64,000 bases of DNA from positions 1-64,000 of IMG/VR virus record IMGVR_UViG_3300046710_000261; one strand, written 5' to 3'. A model generated the notes under the pieces. It searched no databases. It saw only the letters and a program-made list of their open reading frames with translations, and was not told where the DNA came from. Made by a program: the position numbers and the translations under genes. Positions 28,951 to 38,027 of this stretch are shown piece after piece (within the stretch, counting starts at the first letter, position 1; each line of letters opens with the position of its first letter). This DNA is from a virus (taxonomy: Duplodnaviria; Caudoviricetes).

Positions 28951-29127
28951 TTATTCTACCTTGAATAATTCTTCTGGAATTTCCACCCTTCTCTTATATT
29001 CGGGGCATTTTATATGATGGTATCCATTTCGCAGAAGACCTTCTATACAATATTGTTTTGAGTTCGCGCAATACCATATTTTTTCGCTGACCGAATTTTT
29101 TCTTGCCAAATACCTACAATCTTCCAT
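28951..29127 (-). CDS. 58-aa Cys-rich microprotein with tag (type B; not in ORF track)
   Basis: MEDCRYLARKN..IWYC..YCIEG..CPEYKRRVEIPEELFKVE. Confidence 0.75.
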   Translation of the reverse strand: MEDCRYLARKNSVSEKIWYCANSKQYCIEGLLRNGYHHIKCPEYKRRVEIPEELFKVE

Positions 29128-29128
29128 C

Positions 29129-29764
29129 TTATTCCTCCTCGATTTTTGGTAAAGAAAATGTTTGTAGATTGCTCAAACGAAAACCCTTTTTGCTTACCGT
29201 GTATAATTTGAATTGGGTATCCATATGAGAAGAAATCAATTTATAGAATAGGGTGTATAGATTTTTTTCGAAGGGGATCTTTTTTTGGAAATCAGTTGAT
29301 TGCTTTTGCAAATATTCCCCTTCCCAAAAATCAAGACCAATTATATCTATTTCCATCGCCCTGTCCATGTATAATGCTCTCATTATACCATAGAAGGTAA
29401 TATTATTCATTGTGCTGTAAAGCATTTGAAGTTCGGGAGGAACAAAATGATAATGCAGACCTTCGATATTGTATGATTGTAATTTTTCTATTGATTTGGT
29501 TATTTCATTCTTTCTCACTTTCGGAACAGTGAAACAGACTTCCTTTATTCCGTATTTCAAATATACTTCTTTGGGTAGAATAGACGGCAACATTCTATTT
29601 GCTATATGACTAATTTTTAGGCTTTCGAATATATCAGGGTATAAATTCATTGCGTGGACTACATTAGCATTGACAATGTAAGCATGGCAATCTTTTATTT
29701 CATCTTTTATTGAGCATATATGTCGAATGCTCTCACCGCTTGCTATCACAATTGCTTTTTTCAT
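29129..29764 (-). CDS. GT42/Maf-like (sialyltransferase-fold) protein
   Basis: AIVIASGESI ... EIDIIGLDF motifs. Confidence 0.55.
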   Translation of the reverse strand: MKKAIVIASGESIRHICSIKDEIKDCHAYIVNANVVHAMNLYPDIFESLKISHIANRMLPSILPKEVYLKYGIKEVCFTVPKVRKNEITKSIEKLQSYNIEGLHYHFVPPELQMLYSTMNNITFYGIMRALYMDRAMEIDIIGLDFWEGEYLQKQSTDFQKKIPFEKNLYTLFYKLISSHMDTQFKLYTVSKKGFRLSNLQTFSLPKIEEE

Positions 29765-29988
29765 AGTTTGAATAAATCCTTTGATAATTCGATTTCAAAT
29801 TTTATATATGGTATACATTCTGAATTTACATTTATCCTGGGACACGGAAATCTTCGTTCATTACAGCGGTCCTTCACTGTTCCATGTTTGTGAGGTTCTG
29901 CTCCAGGACAATCAGGAAAATTATGTATTCCATTTCGTGTGCATAGAATATTGTCTTTTTTGTCGCATATGTATAATTTTTCTTTCAT
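29761..29988 (-). CDS. Cys/His microprotein with tag (type A)
   Basis: EPHKHG..CNERR; ends IELSKDLFKL. Confidence 0.75.
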   Translation of the reverse strand: MKEKLYICDKKDNILCTRNGIHNFPDCPGAEPHKHGTVKDRCNERRFPCPRINVNSECIPYIKFEIELSKDLFKL

Positions 29989-30227
29989 ATCTTGAATAAA
30001 TCCTTTGGTAGTTCAAAAGCCAGTTTTGTTTTATAATCTGCGCACATTCTGTTTTCACATGCACCACAACTTAAATCTCCCGACCAACAATAAGTTTCTT
30101 TCCGTTGAGACATGCTTGTTTGTCCTTTTTTTAGAGAACAATACCAGACATGGGAATGACCATCAGAAGTTTTCCCCCCATTGCTTGTCATATACATACA
30201 TTCAACTGTGTTATATTCTTTTTTCAT
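29985..30227 (-). CDS. Cys-rich microprotein with tag (type B)
   Basis: ECMY..WYC; ends FELPKDLFKI. Confidence 0.75.
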   Translation of the reverse strand: MKKEYNTVECMYMTSNGGKTSDGHSHVWYCSLKKGQTSMSQRKETYCWSGDLSCGACENRMCADYKTKLAFELPKDLFKI

Positions 30228-30463
30228 ATCTTGAATAAATCCCTATCCAATTCAATCTTGAATGAATAATACGGTTGGCAAACTGTAAATTTTTTTGCAT
30301 GAGAGCAATCTCTTTCTTCATTGCAATGATGAGGCTCAAGAGGACGACCGCATTTATGTCTATGAGGAACTCGACCACGACAGTCTATATTTTTACAGAT
30401 ATTTGCCCCATCACACAAAAACAATTGGTCGTTTTTCATATTTAGAGATTGATCGTTTTTCAT
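30224..30463 (-). CDS. Cys/His microprotein with tag (type A), duplicated N-terminus
   Basis: MKNDQ twice; CNEERDC; ends IELDRDLFKI. Confidence 0.75.
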   Translation of the reverse strand: MKNDQSLNMKNDQLFLCDGANICKNIDCRGRVPHRHKCGRPLEPHHCNEERDCSHAKKFTVCQPYYSFKIELDRDLFKI

Positions 30464-30669
30464 ATTTCAAATACCTCATCTGGTATTTTGAATTTATGTT
30501 CTTCTTGCTTTTCACCATCTTCAAAATTTTTGCATATATCCGCTTTCAATAGAGCATTTATGCAGGGATTATTATCTTTCATACATTTATGCCATGATAC
30601 CCCTCCCGCCCTGTCTATAAAAAGGTAATATCTGCATTCTCTATATCTTGTGTTTTTACATATAGTCAT
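30460..30669 (-). CDS. Cys-rich microprotein with tag
   Basis: Ends FKIPDEVFEI. Confidence 0.7.
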   Translation of the reverse strand: MTICKNTRYRECRYYLFIDRAGGVSWHKCMKDNNPCINALLKADICKNFEDGEKQEEHKFKIPDEVFEI

Positions 30670-30917
30670 ATTTCGAGTAAATCCCCTGGTATTGTTTTCG
30701 CCTCTTCCCTTGTTATTACCTTGATTTTTATGTTTGCCTTATCATCGGCAAGCAATACACCTATATTTGTAAAACCACAATCCTTTACTACCTTTTTTAT
30801 TGTTTCCATTGCTTTGCTTCTGTTTGATAATGATGAAAAATTCCCCATTATGAAAAGAATATCATTCTCTTTCAAAGATAATTTTTCTATAGTCAATGCT
30901 ATTTTTTCTTTGTCCAT
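30666..30917 (-). CDS. tagged protein, non-Cys body
   Basis: Ends TIPGDLLEI. Confidence 0.6.
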   Translation of the reverse strand: MDKEKIALTIEKLSLKENDILFIMGNFSSLSNRSKAMETIKKVVKDCGFTNIGVLLADDKANIKIKVITREEAKTIPGDLLEI

Positions 30918-31246
30918 GCTTTTGTAATTCCCCTCCTTGACCTTTTCATCTTTTCGAGCAATGCTTTGTGTTTGTATTCATCAATCATGTTATCATTCAG
31001 TATGAATATATAGGTGAGATAATCATATGTTTTCTTTGGTAGGACACCTTTCAATGGATAGATCGCACCGACAAACGATGACCAATATGTTCCCGTTTTC
31101 AGATCATACAACACCCAATAATAATCATCATCGTCTTCTGCCCATCCATCCAATCTGACAACTTTGAAACAATCAAGTACGAGTTGTCCTTTCATCTTTT
31201 TTACTTCTGCTATCAACAATTTTTTGTTTTCGTCCATCAATAACTC

Positions 31247-31474
31247 CTATAGTTCGAATAAATTTTTTGGAAATTCAATTTTCAATTGAAAGTAAGGAAT
31301 GCATTTTGTAAATTTTCCTGCTTTTCTACAATGTCTTTGTTCATTACATCCAGCATCAATATGATTGTGGGGATAATACCCTTTACAATATTCTGGGGGG
31401 TGATGGCCTTCATACCAGCAATGTTCTCCTACCCCATCACAAACAAATAATTCTTCTTCTTTTTTTATTTCCAT
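31247..31474 (-). CDS. Cys/His microprotein with tag (type A)
   Basis: Start moved to MEIKKEEELFVCDGVG by homology to 974..1180; ends IEFPKNLFEL. Confidence 0.75.
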   Translation of the reverse strand: MEIKKEEELFVCDGVGEHCWYEGHHPPEYCKGYYPHNHIDAGCNEQRHCRKAGKFTKCIPYFQLKIEFPKNLFEL

Positions 31475-31791
31475 GCTCTTTCTCCAAAATGATGTCTGGA
31501 GAAGAAACAAATACAATAACCACCCTTTTCTGGTCCTCTTTTCAGAGTACATCCATCCATATATTTTGTATTCCAATAGATACAGTTTGCACAGGGATAG
31601 GGGTTTTCTTCCCGCGTTTCTATCACTTTCAGGTCGCTTATTTTTATTATAGGCACACTATGTTCTTTCTTATAATAACAGCAAAAATTGAATGACCCAT
31701 TGAAACGATATGGACAATTCGATTTGGTATGCAAACAGCGTGGTGTGGCTGGAAAAGAATTATCATAATGTCGGCAATTTTCTATACTCAT
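31465..31791 (-). CDS. Cys-rich protein
   Basis: Two Cys clusters separated by IIKISDLKV. Confidence 0.6.
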   Translation of the reverse strand: MSIENCRHYDNSFPATPRCLHTKSNCPYRFNGSFNFCCYYKKEHSVPIIKISDLKVIETREENPYPCANCIYWNTKYMDGCTLKRGPEKGGYCICFFSRHHFGERAWK

Positions 31792-31994
31792 TCTGCCTCT
31801 TTCAAATCCGCTTCTTCTATTGTAGGAACTGGTTTATAAAAATAACAAAACCGAAAACATTCACTATAAGAAAATGAACAAATTTCGGGCAAAGAAGTTC
31901 TTCTGCATCGTTGATGATCATCCCCACCACGAAAATCACAAAAAAAACACAAATCTTTGTCTCTGCTTTTGTCTCCGCCATAATAGATGAGCAT
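31788..31994 (-). CDS. Cys-rich microprotein
   Basis: First gene after promoter; ends PTIEEADLKEAE. Confidence 0.6.
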   Translation of the reverse strand: MLIYYGGDKSRDKDLCFFCDFRGGDDHQRCRRTSLPEICSFSYSECFRFCYFYKPVPTIEEADLKEAE

Positions 31995-32015
31995 ATAGTT
32001 ATCCCCTATATTATT

Positions 32016-32044
32016 ATTATACCATAATCATAATTGATTGTAAA
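32016..32044 (-). promoter_or_regulatory. sigma70-type promoter driving the microprotein array
   Basis: TTTACA-17-TATAAT with TG extension. Confidence 0.75.
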
Positions 32045-32305
32045 TGTAGGTGGGAAAACAAAAAGGATAATGAAAAGGGGCCACTGGCTACTCTTTTTAT
32101 AAAGAATTGTATTTATCGAGGGGTATGGAGTATTTTTCTATAACTCCATCAGATTTATATGGGATAATCCTGCTTATCAATTTATCTATATGAGACATAG
32201 ATAATTTTTGATAAACATACCATAAAGAAACAATCAGAATGGATATTGTTATTTGGCCGAGAATTATTTTGTAGAAAGTTTCTTGTACTTGTTTCATATT
32301 ATTTA

Positions 32306-32380
32306 TGGAGCATCCAACGGGAATTGAACCCATATCTTATCCTTACCAAAGATAAATTCTGCCGATTGAACTATGGATGC
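32306..32380 (-). tRNA. tRNA-Thr(GGT)
   Basis: Acceptor GCATCCA/TGGATGC, anticodon arm TATCT-TTGGTAA-GGATA, T-arm ATGGG-TTCAATT-CCCGT, encoded CCA. Confidence 0.9.
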
Positions 32381-32830
32381 TTATCTTATTCTTCTTTTGT
32401 TGGCCCTGGATTTCTTTTTTCTACCAAATGAGATATATCTCTCCATATCTCATTGCCCAAAAAACAAAATGCCCAGGGCAAACACCAAATCGGTAAAGTG
32501 ATCATTAAGAAAAGTTTCTTATATAATAACTTCCGCATTCTCTTTCTTACATATTTATTGAATATCTCTTTTTTATATTCATCTGATGTTGGTATACCCA
32601 AAATAGCTGTCATACATTTTCCTTTCTTTGTTGCAACGTTTTGTCTTTGGTTGTTCTGTATATTACCTTCAACACATCGTCTGAATTTTCCCAAGTAAGA
32701 TAATTATAATGACAGGCAGGGCAATCAACGGGTCCTGGCATTTCTTTTTCGAATTCAAATTTACATTTTTGACATTGGTATTTTGATTTTGGTATTTTTT
32801 TTATCAATTTGTATATTCCTATTTATGACC

Positions 32831-33127
32831 TTATTCTATTTTCCATATGCTTTCGGGCAACTTCAGCCCCGTTATACCCTTCAATAAATCTTCAATGGAA
32901 GTTTTTGTTTTGATTATTTCTTCATATTTTTCATCGTTAAGACATAATCGAAATTCCGTGTCTGTAATATTATTGAGGTCTTCTACCAGTATAGGATCAT
33001 TATATCTGTTGCTATTTTTCTGCAATCCTACAAGTGCTATTTTACCAGGATTGACTTGCGAAAGAATATGCCAACCATATCCTTTTATATCAAAACAATC
33101 TCCGCGCTTAATATTTTCCATATTCAT
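32831..33127 (-). CDS. tagged protein, non-Cys body
   Basis: Ends LKLPESIWKIE. Confidence 0.6.
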   Translation of the reverse strand: MNMENIKRGDCFDIKGYGWHILSQVNPGKIALVGLQKNSNRYNDPILVEDLNNITDTEFRLCLNDEKYEEIIKTKTSIEDLLKGITGLKLPESIWKIE

Positions 33128-33132
33128 TACTC

Positions 33133-33846
33133 CTATATCTTCACAAAATACCTTTCCATGGAATTAATATCGGCGAGGCCATACCAATTTGTATTAGAGT
33201 AGTGGCCTTGATAATACTTATGGAAGTGACCAAAAAACCACAGGTCGGGTCTGTATTTCTTCAAGACTTCAGATAACATATATCTACTTGGGTCTGGTAA
33301 ATGATTATCTCTTGTTACTGTGCTAAATTCCATAGGTGCCGTATGAGTTATCATAATATCAATTTTTACATCGGGTAAATTTTCTATGTCTTCATTGGTT
33401 ATTATTTCTTCGGGAAACCAACTTACCCCCTCAATTCTGTATTGCTTATCAATAGATTTTGCTCCACCGATGAACATTACATTTCTACCATCAGGCAAAG
33501 TTAAAACCGATCCTCTCTTCATCCAATAAATATTTTGCATATGCTCTTTGATACCTGCCTCAAAAAGTGTCGGTAAATCTTCGTGGTTGCCCTCACACCA
33601 ATAGATTTTTATGTTCTGGTTGTTTATACCATACTGATCCCATAATCTTTTCCCTCCGCTGGCCCCTGTTCTTATCTGACCTTGAAGTTTAGGCCAGAAA
33701 CCAAAATCGCCCACTTGGAGAACAATATCATATTCGTCTTTCTCATAAAAGACTTCATGCTCTTCTCTATAAGTATGAAGTTTACGGAGAAAGTAATTTA
33801 ATACTGAAAAGTATCCGTGCACATCGCCGAGTATATAGATAGTCAT
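33133..33846 (-). CDS. calcineurin-like metallophosphoesterase
   Basis: GDVHG, GDFG, GNHE, ITHTAP, GHFH. Confidence 0.9.
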   Translation of the reverse strand: MTIYILGDVHGYFSVLNYFLRKLHTYREEHEVFYEKDEYDIVLQVGDFGFWPKLQGQIRTGASGGKRLWDQYGINNQNIKIYWCEGNHEDLPTLFEAGIKEHMQNIYWMKRGSVLTLPDGRNVMFIGGAKSIDKQYRIEGVSWFPEEIITNEDIENLPDVKIDIMITHTAPMEFSTVTRDNHLPDPSRYMLSEVLKKYRPDLWFFGHFHKYYQGHYSNTNWYGLADINSMERYFVKI

Positions 33847-34028
33847 TCTATTCTAAGTATCTCCTTTGGTAAAAAAATAAATTCATTTGTATAAAAAGGA
33901 CACGATCTTCCTTCAAAACAATAACGTTCTCCAGGAAAATCAGAACTGATATTTCCTTGATCATTCTTACAATACCAAACCCTGTTATCCCTTGTGCCTT
34001 TAAATTTTATATAGATACAATCATTCAT
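33843..34028 (-). CDS. Cys-rich microprotein with tag (type B)
   Basis: MNDCIYI..WYC..FPGERYCFEG; ends IFLPKEILRIE. Confidence 0.75.
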   Translation of the reverse strand: MNDCIYIKFKGTRDNRVWYCKNDQGNISSDFPGERYCFEGRSCPFYTNEFIFLPKEILRIE

Positions 34029-34237
34029 TCTATTATAAGCATTTCCTTTGGAATTATAGTTTCTGATTCTGATTTATAAAACGGGCATCTTCTTGAGTCT
34101 CTATCCCAACTATCACAAAACTTTTCTCCCTTCTTTTCGCGGCTGCTCTGAACCCCTCCTATTTTACAATACCAAATATTTGGTTCTATAACGTTCTTAA
34201 ATTTTATATGAATACAATCTTTCATTTCTTTCTCCAT
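34025..34237 (-). CDS. Cys-rich microprotein with tag (type B)
   Basis: MKDCIHI..WYC..GEKFCDSW; ends IIPKEMLIIE. Confidence 0.75.
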   Translation of the reverse strand: MEKEMKDCIHIKFKNVIEPNIWYCKIGGVQSSREKKGEKFCDSWDRDSRRCPFYKSESETIIPKEMLIIE

Positions 34238-35274
34238 ACTCCAGGGTAAAGATAGTAATGATATATCAGCCCGATGATAAGACCAAGTAGTATTCCAGCA
34301 TATAAGATTTCCTTGATGCTAAATCCTTTTGTTGGTATAAAGCAACCCATAATCGTGCCGAAAATAATACCGATAATAAAAAGAATAAGACGATGCTTAT
34401 TGTTTTTCATTTTTCCTCTTTTCAATTGTTATAAAGATAACAGCAATAGTTATTGAAGAAACAATGATTATGGTCCACCATGGCTTAGACATGAATGCGA
34501 CACCATAATATACTTCTATTATATAATCAATAATCGCCCCCAAACAGCCAATGAATAAAAATTGCTTCCAGGATATCATAGCAATTCCTCAATTCGGTCT
34601 TCGTATTCTCTCAAGTTGACAATGAAATCTTCTCCATCTGTTAAGTTAAGGGGTGTTATCACCCATTCCATTTTTGCGCACAAGTCAAGGATTATTCCCA
34701 TAACTTTCCAGGGAAGGTCTTCATCACGCTCATCGTTTGCATAACAAACCCCGCCATCCGAAAAGTTATTTATCGCATTGAATAGTTCTTTCTTGTGTTC
34801 ATCAAATTCAATTTCATCTGTCTCATCATATGTTTCGATCACGATCTCTTTTATTTCGTCTTCGAAATCCTCTGCCGAAAAATCTTGTGGTAATAAAACT
34901 ATATATCCTTTTGTCATTTTGATCTCCTTCTTACATATAAGTTATTGGGCCATTGAAGGGGTCGCCAATCATGAAGTGAGCAACAGTAGAAAATAAATAT
35001 CTCTTTCCTATTTCCATTGTATTCTTATGATATTCTTCAAAAGACAGCGGTTCCTCTGTGGTCCATTCCCATTTATGGTTTCCTTCAATTTTTTTGCAAT
35101 ATTGCTGGTAATAATCTTTTATCATTTCTTCGGATGGAGGCTGCCCATCGTCAAACGTGATATATTTTTCGGGATGTTTCTGTAAATTTTTTGTTGCTTT
35201 TTTCATCCCTTGCAATATTTTCCTGTCAAATGAATATTGTTCTTTGTCGAATAGCCATCTAAAAGGGTTGAACA

Positions 35275-36054
35275 TTATTTGCTCCTTCTTCTTGTTTTCT
35301 TTCCTGGTGAAATGGTCTTGAAACTCATATCATCAAATCCCTTTTCATACATCATTGATTTATCATCTATCTTTGTTATTGGAGGATTGCCTACTCCAAG
35401 CACCCCGCCGAGAAACATCGAAATTTCCTGATATGTAGTATAGGCATCCATTCTCTTGAAGAAACATATATCTTTCAGAGAAGGGTTGATAATTATTTTT
35501 GCACCATAAAATTTCGCTTTGTGTTCCAAAAGAAAAACAGGGGCATTGATATTTCGAAACAGATCAATATCAATTTTCTTTCCTGTAAAAGAGAAAAGTT
35601 TATCGACATAATATTTTTTGAAATTGCTTCCCCATTCTCCACGTTTCCTCTTATCAGGCTCAAGAAAATTTTTCAATTCTTTTTTGAGAAGGTTGATACT
35701 CAACATGCTGATTATTTCACCTGTATTGTAAACATAAAAATCTTTCGTGGTCGCTGGTGTCCCATAATTATATAGATGAACCTTTATTACTGGATACACC
35801 TTCCCGCAAAATCCCACAAGTAACGTGGTAAATTCAATATCATAATTTCCCTTCATGCTTCGTTGAGCATAACCGAATATAGGAATATCTATAAAGGCCG
35901 TCTTATATTTTTCAATCAATAACTTATTTTCTTTTTCTTCTACCAGTTGTCTATTATAGACAAGGGTTTTATCATATCCAAGTTTTTGAACGGTGTCATA
36001 ATAATCGTGAAATTTACTTATAATTCTCATTTCTTCACTTCCTTTATATCCCAA
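35275..36054 (-). CDS. conserved-looking phage hypothetical protein
   Basis: MRIISKFHDYYD, VGFCGK.YP, YQEISMFLGG, KGFD; probable start near 36030. Confidence 0.6.
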   Translation of the reverse strand: MGYKGSEEMRIISKFHDYYDTVQKLGYDKTLVYNRQLVEEKENKLLIEKYKTAFIDIPIFGYAQRSMKGNYDIEFTTLLVGFCGKVYPVIKVHLYNYGTPATTKDFYVYNTGEIISMLSINLLKKELKNFLEPDKRKRGEWGSNFKKYYVDKLFSFTGKKIDIDLFRNINAPVFLLEHKAKFYGAKIIINPSLKDICFFKRMDAYTTYQEISMFLGGVLGVGNPPITKIDDKSMMYEKGFDDMSFKTISPGKKTRRRSK

Positions 36055-36208
36055 TGGGATGCGGTTCCTTCAATGCTTACCCATCCCATTCCATCAAATA
36101 AATCTCCTGTTACATCCTTCTCATCCAATTCCTTAATGAAACGTCTTAAATCCTTCACGATCCCCTTTCGATCTTTTGCTTTTATCTTTGCTGTGAATAG
36201 TAATGCTT

Positions 36209-36577
36209 TCATTCTGTTTCCTCTGTTATCAGTTTGGTCATAATCCATTTACATTTTTTTGCTCTCTTCAGCATATCCTTTGTGCCTTTGCTCTTTTCTA
36301 TATCATTATGAAATGCCAGGACAACACGAATATCAGTGTTTTCATCAAGCATTTGCTGATTGCGAAGGACACCAGCAGCCTTGCCATATTTTTTCCAGTT
36401 AGCAGGATACGCAAGGGGTTTTTCTGTAAATAATTCTTTGGCAATATCATCAGCCATTAGATCGGCCCCACGACAATTACCATGGACAACAATGGTGTCT
36501 TTGGGAAATTTAGATAGTGCTTCCCGAATAGTTTCCTTTGAAGTCCATTCCCTATCGCCAGTAACAAGAATTTTCAC
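36209..36577 (-). CDS. SLOG / DUF2493 (YspA-like) protein
   Basis: ILVTGDR, VHGNCRGAD, PANWKKYGKAAG..RNQQML, SKGTKDM. Confidence 0.85.
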   Translation of the reverse strand: MKILVTGDREWTSKETIREALSKFPKDTIVVHGNCRGADLMADDIAKELFTEKPLAYPANWKKYGKAAGVLRNQQMLDENTDIRVVLAFHNDIEKSKGTKDMLKRAKKCKWIMTKLITEETE

Positions 36578-38027
36578 TCGTCTTCCTCTTCCTCTTCATT
36601 CTTACCAAAATATTCTTCCAGTTCCTTGTCAATTTCGGTGGTGGGTTTCCAATTCAGAATTTTTCCTGTGTCCAAGTCAATATCCAATTCAACATCATCC
36701 CCCCCGCCGAGGAATTTAGGAACATATCCATCATATTCTCTATTATCCAATGACATAAAAAAACAATCAGAACAATGCGCTTGAATTTTCAATACTCTCA
36801 TTTATTTTCCTTTTCCTGCTCTTCTTTTTTCGTACATCCTTCATCTGGCTTTGGAAGATATGGTGAGCAGCCACATTCAGGGCATTCACCATCATTATCT
36901 GTAGTTCCTTCCCATCCACAATGACATGTAATTGGAAATTTAAGATGTGGAGCCATTTATTTCTTTTCCCTCTCCATCTCTTCCGCTGCCGTGCTATACC
37001 ATTTATCAAAACAGGCCATGCACATCAGCACTTTTATTTTTGTGTTGCCGATGAACCTTATTCTTGACTGTCCCAGCCCTTTGCCTTTTTCATAATTCCC
37101 TGTAACGGGATTTTTTCCCCATTGTCTCTGTTCTTCAATCATCGTTTTTGTAATGTAGATAGCGGGGCCGTCTTTTATGCTTATCCCGCAATGGATACAC
37201 TCATTTTTTGTTATAGTCCAGAAACCCATTTTTATTCCTCCCTTCTTACTTCATCATGGCCAATTTCAAAAACCTTTTCGCAGAAGAAACAAATATAAAA
37301 TGCTGGCATTCGTAACCTACTTGCCCAATGGGTCAATAAATGAACAAGCTTGCTGCAATTTTTACATAATGATTTTTCTGTTTTCTGTATTACATAATTG
37401 GAGTTCATTTATCTGTTGCTCCCTCCCATATAGTTTTGCCATACAGTTTTATTTTCCATATCCATGTTATGGACACAAGACAGGCAATAAAAATCTTTTT
37501 TCTCATCCCAAACAAAAGCGTCCAGAATATCGCCGATGGGAATTGTTTCGCCGCAACCAGAGCATTTATGTTCCTCTTTGCTGTAACAAATTGTGTCGGA
37601 AATCATTTTTTCCTCTTTTCTTTTACCCAATTTTCAAAGTCTTCAATTCTTTCATCATCTTCTTGAAAATATTCCAACACCATATCCAAAAATTCTGTGG
37701 TTTCGGCATCGGCTTCCTTTTTCCAATCATCCTCTCTACCGTAACTCATTTTTTCCCCTTTCTCAATCTCTATATGGGTCAAGTCTTTTTGCAATCCAAA
37801 AAGCATCCTTTGGGTTTGCCTTCAATTTGAGGGTTTCGGATTCGCCGAAACAGCTTATTTTGATTTCACCCAATTTCTCTTCACCAACAGCCACTTGAAA
37901 AAATCCTGCTGAAGTTGGAGCAAATCCCGCATGACCAATTCCTCTCGCCACATCCTTGTGAGAAAGAACGGGGTCAAAGATAACAGCATTGGTTTCGTTG
38001 AACATAACATACTTCATAAACTCCATT

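Noticed and set aside
23351-31474. C-terminal tag as a mere by-product of SD plus ATGA overlap
   Set aside because: This explains the terminal Ile and some Glu codons. It does not explain the Pro (all four codons), the Phe, the upstream hydrophobic pattern, or tags in genes ending TAG/TAA without overlap. Kept only as a contributing factor.
32097-32333. ORF beginning MGSIPVGCS
   Set aside because: The N-terminus is the tRNA-Thr T-arm read in frame; the real start is probably the downstream MKQVQ.
23351-34237. Diversity-generating retroelement or integron explaining array variability
   Set aside because: No reverse transcriptase or integrase in the window, no template/variable pair differing only at adenines, no attC-like GTTRRRY sites seen.
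23351-34237. Microproteins as c-type cytochromes or secreted disulfide toxins
   Set aside because: No recurring CxxCH motif and no signal peptides.
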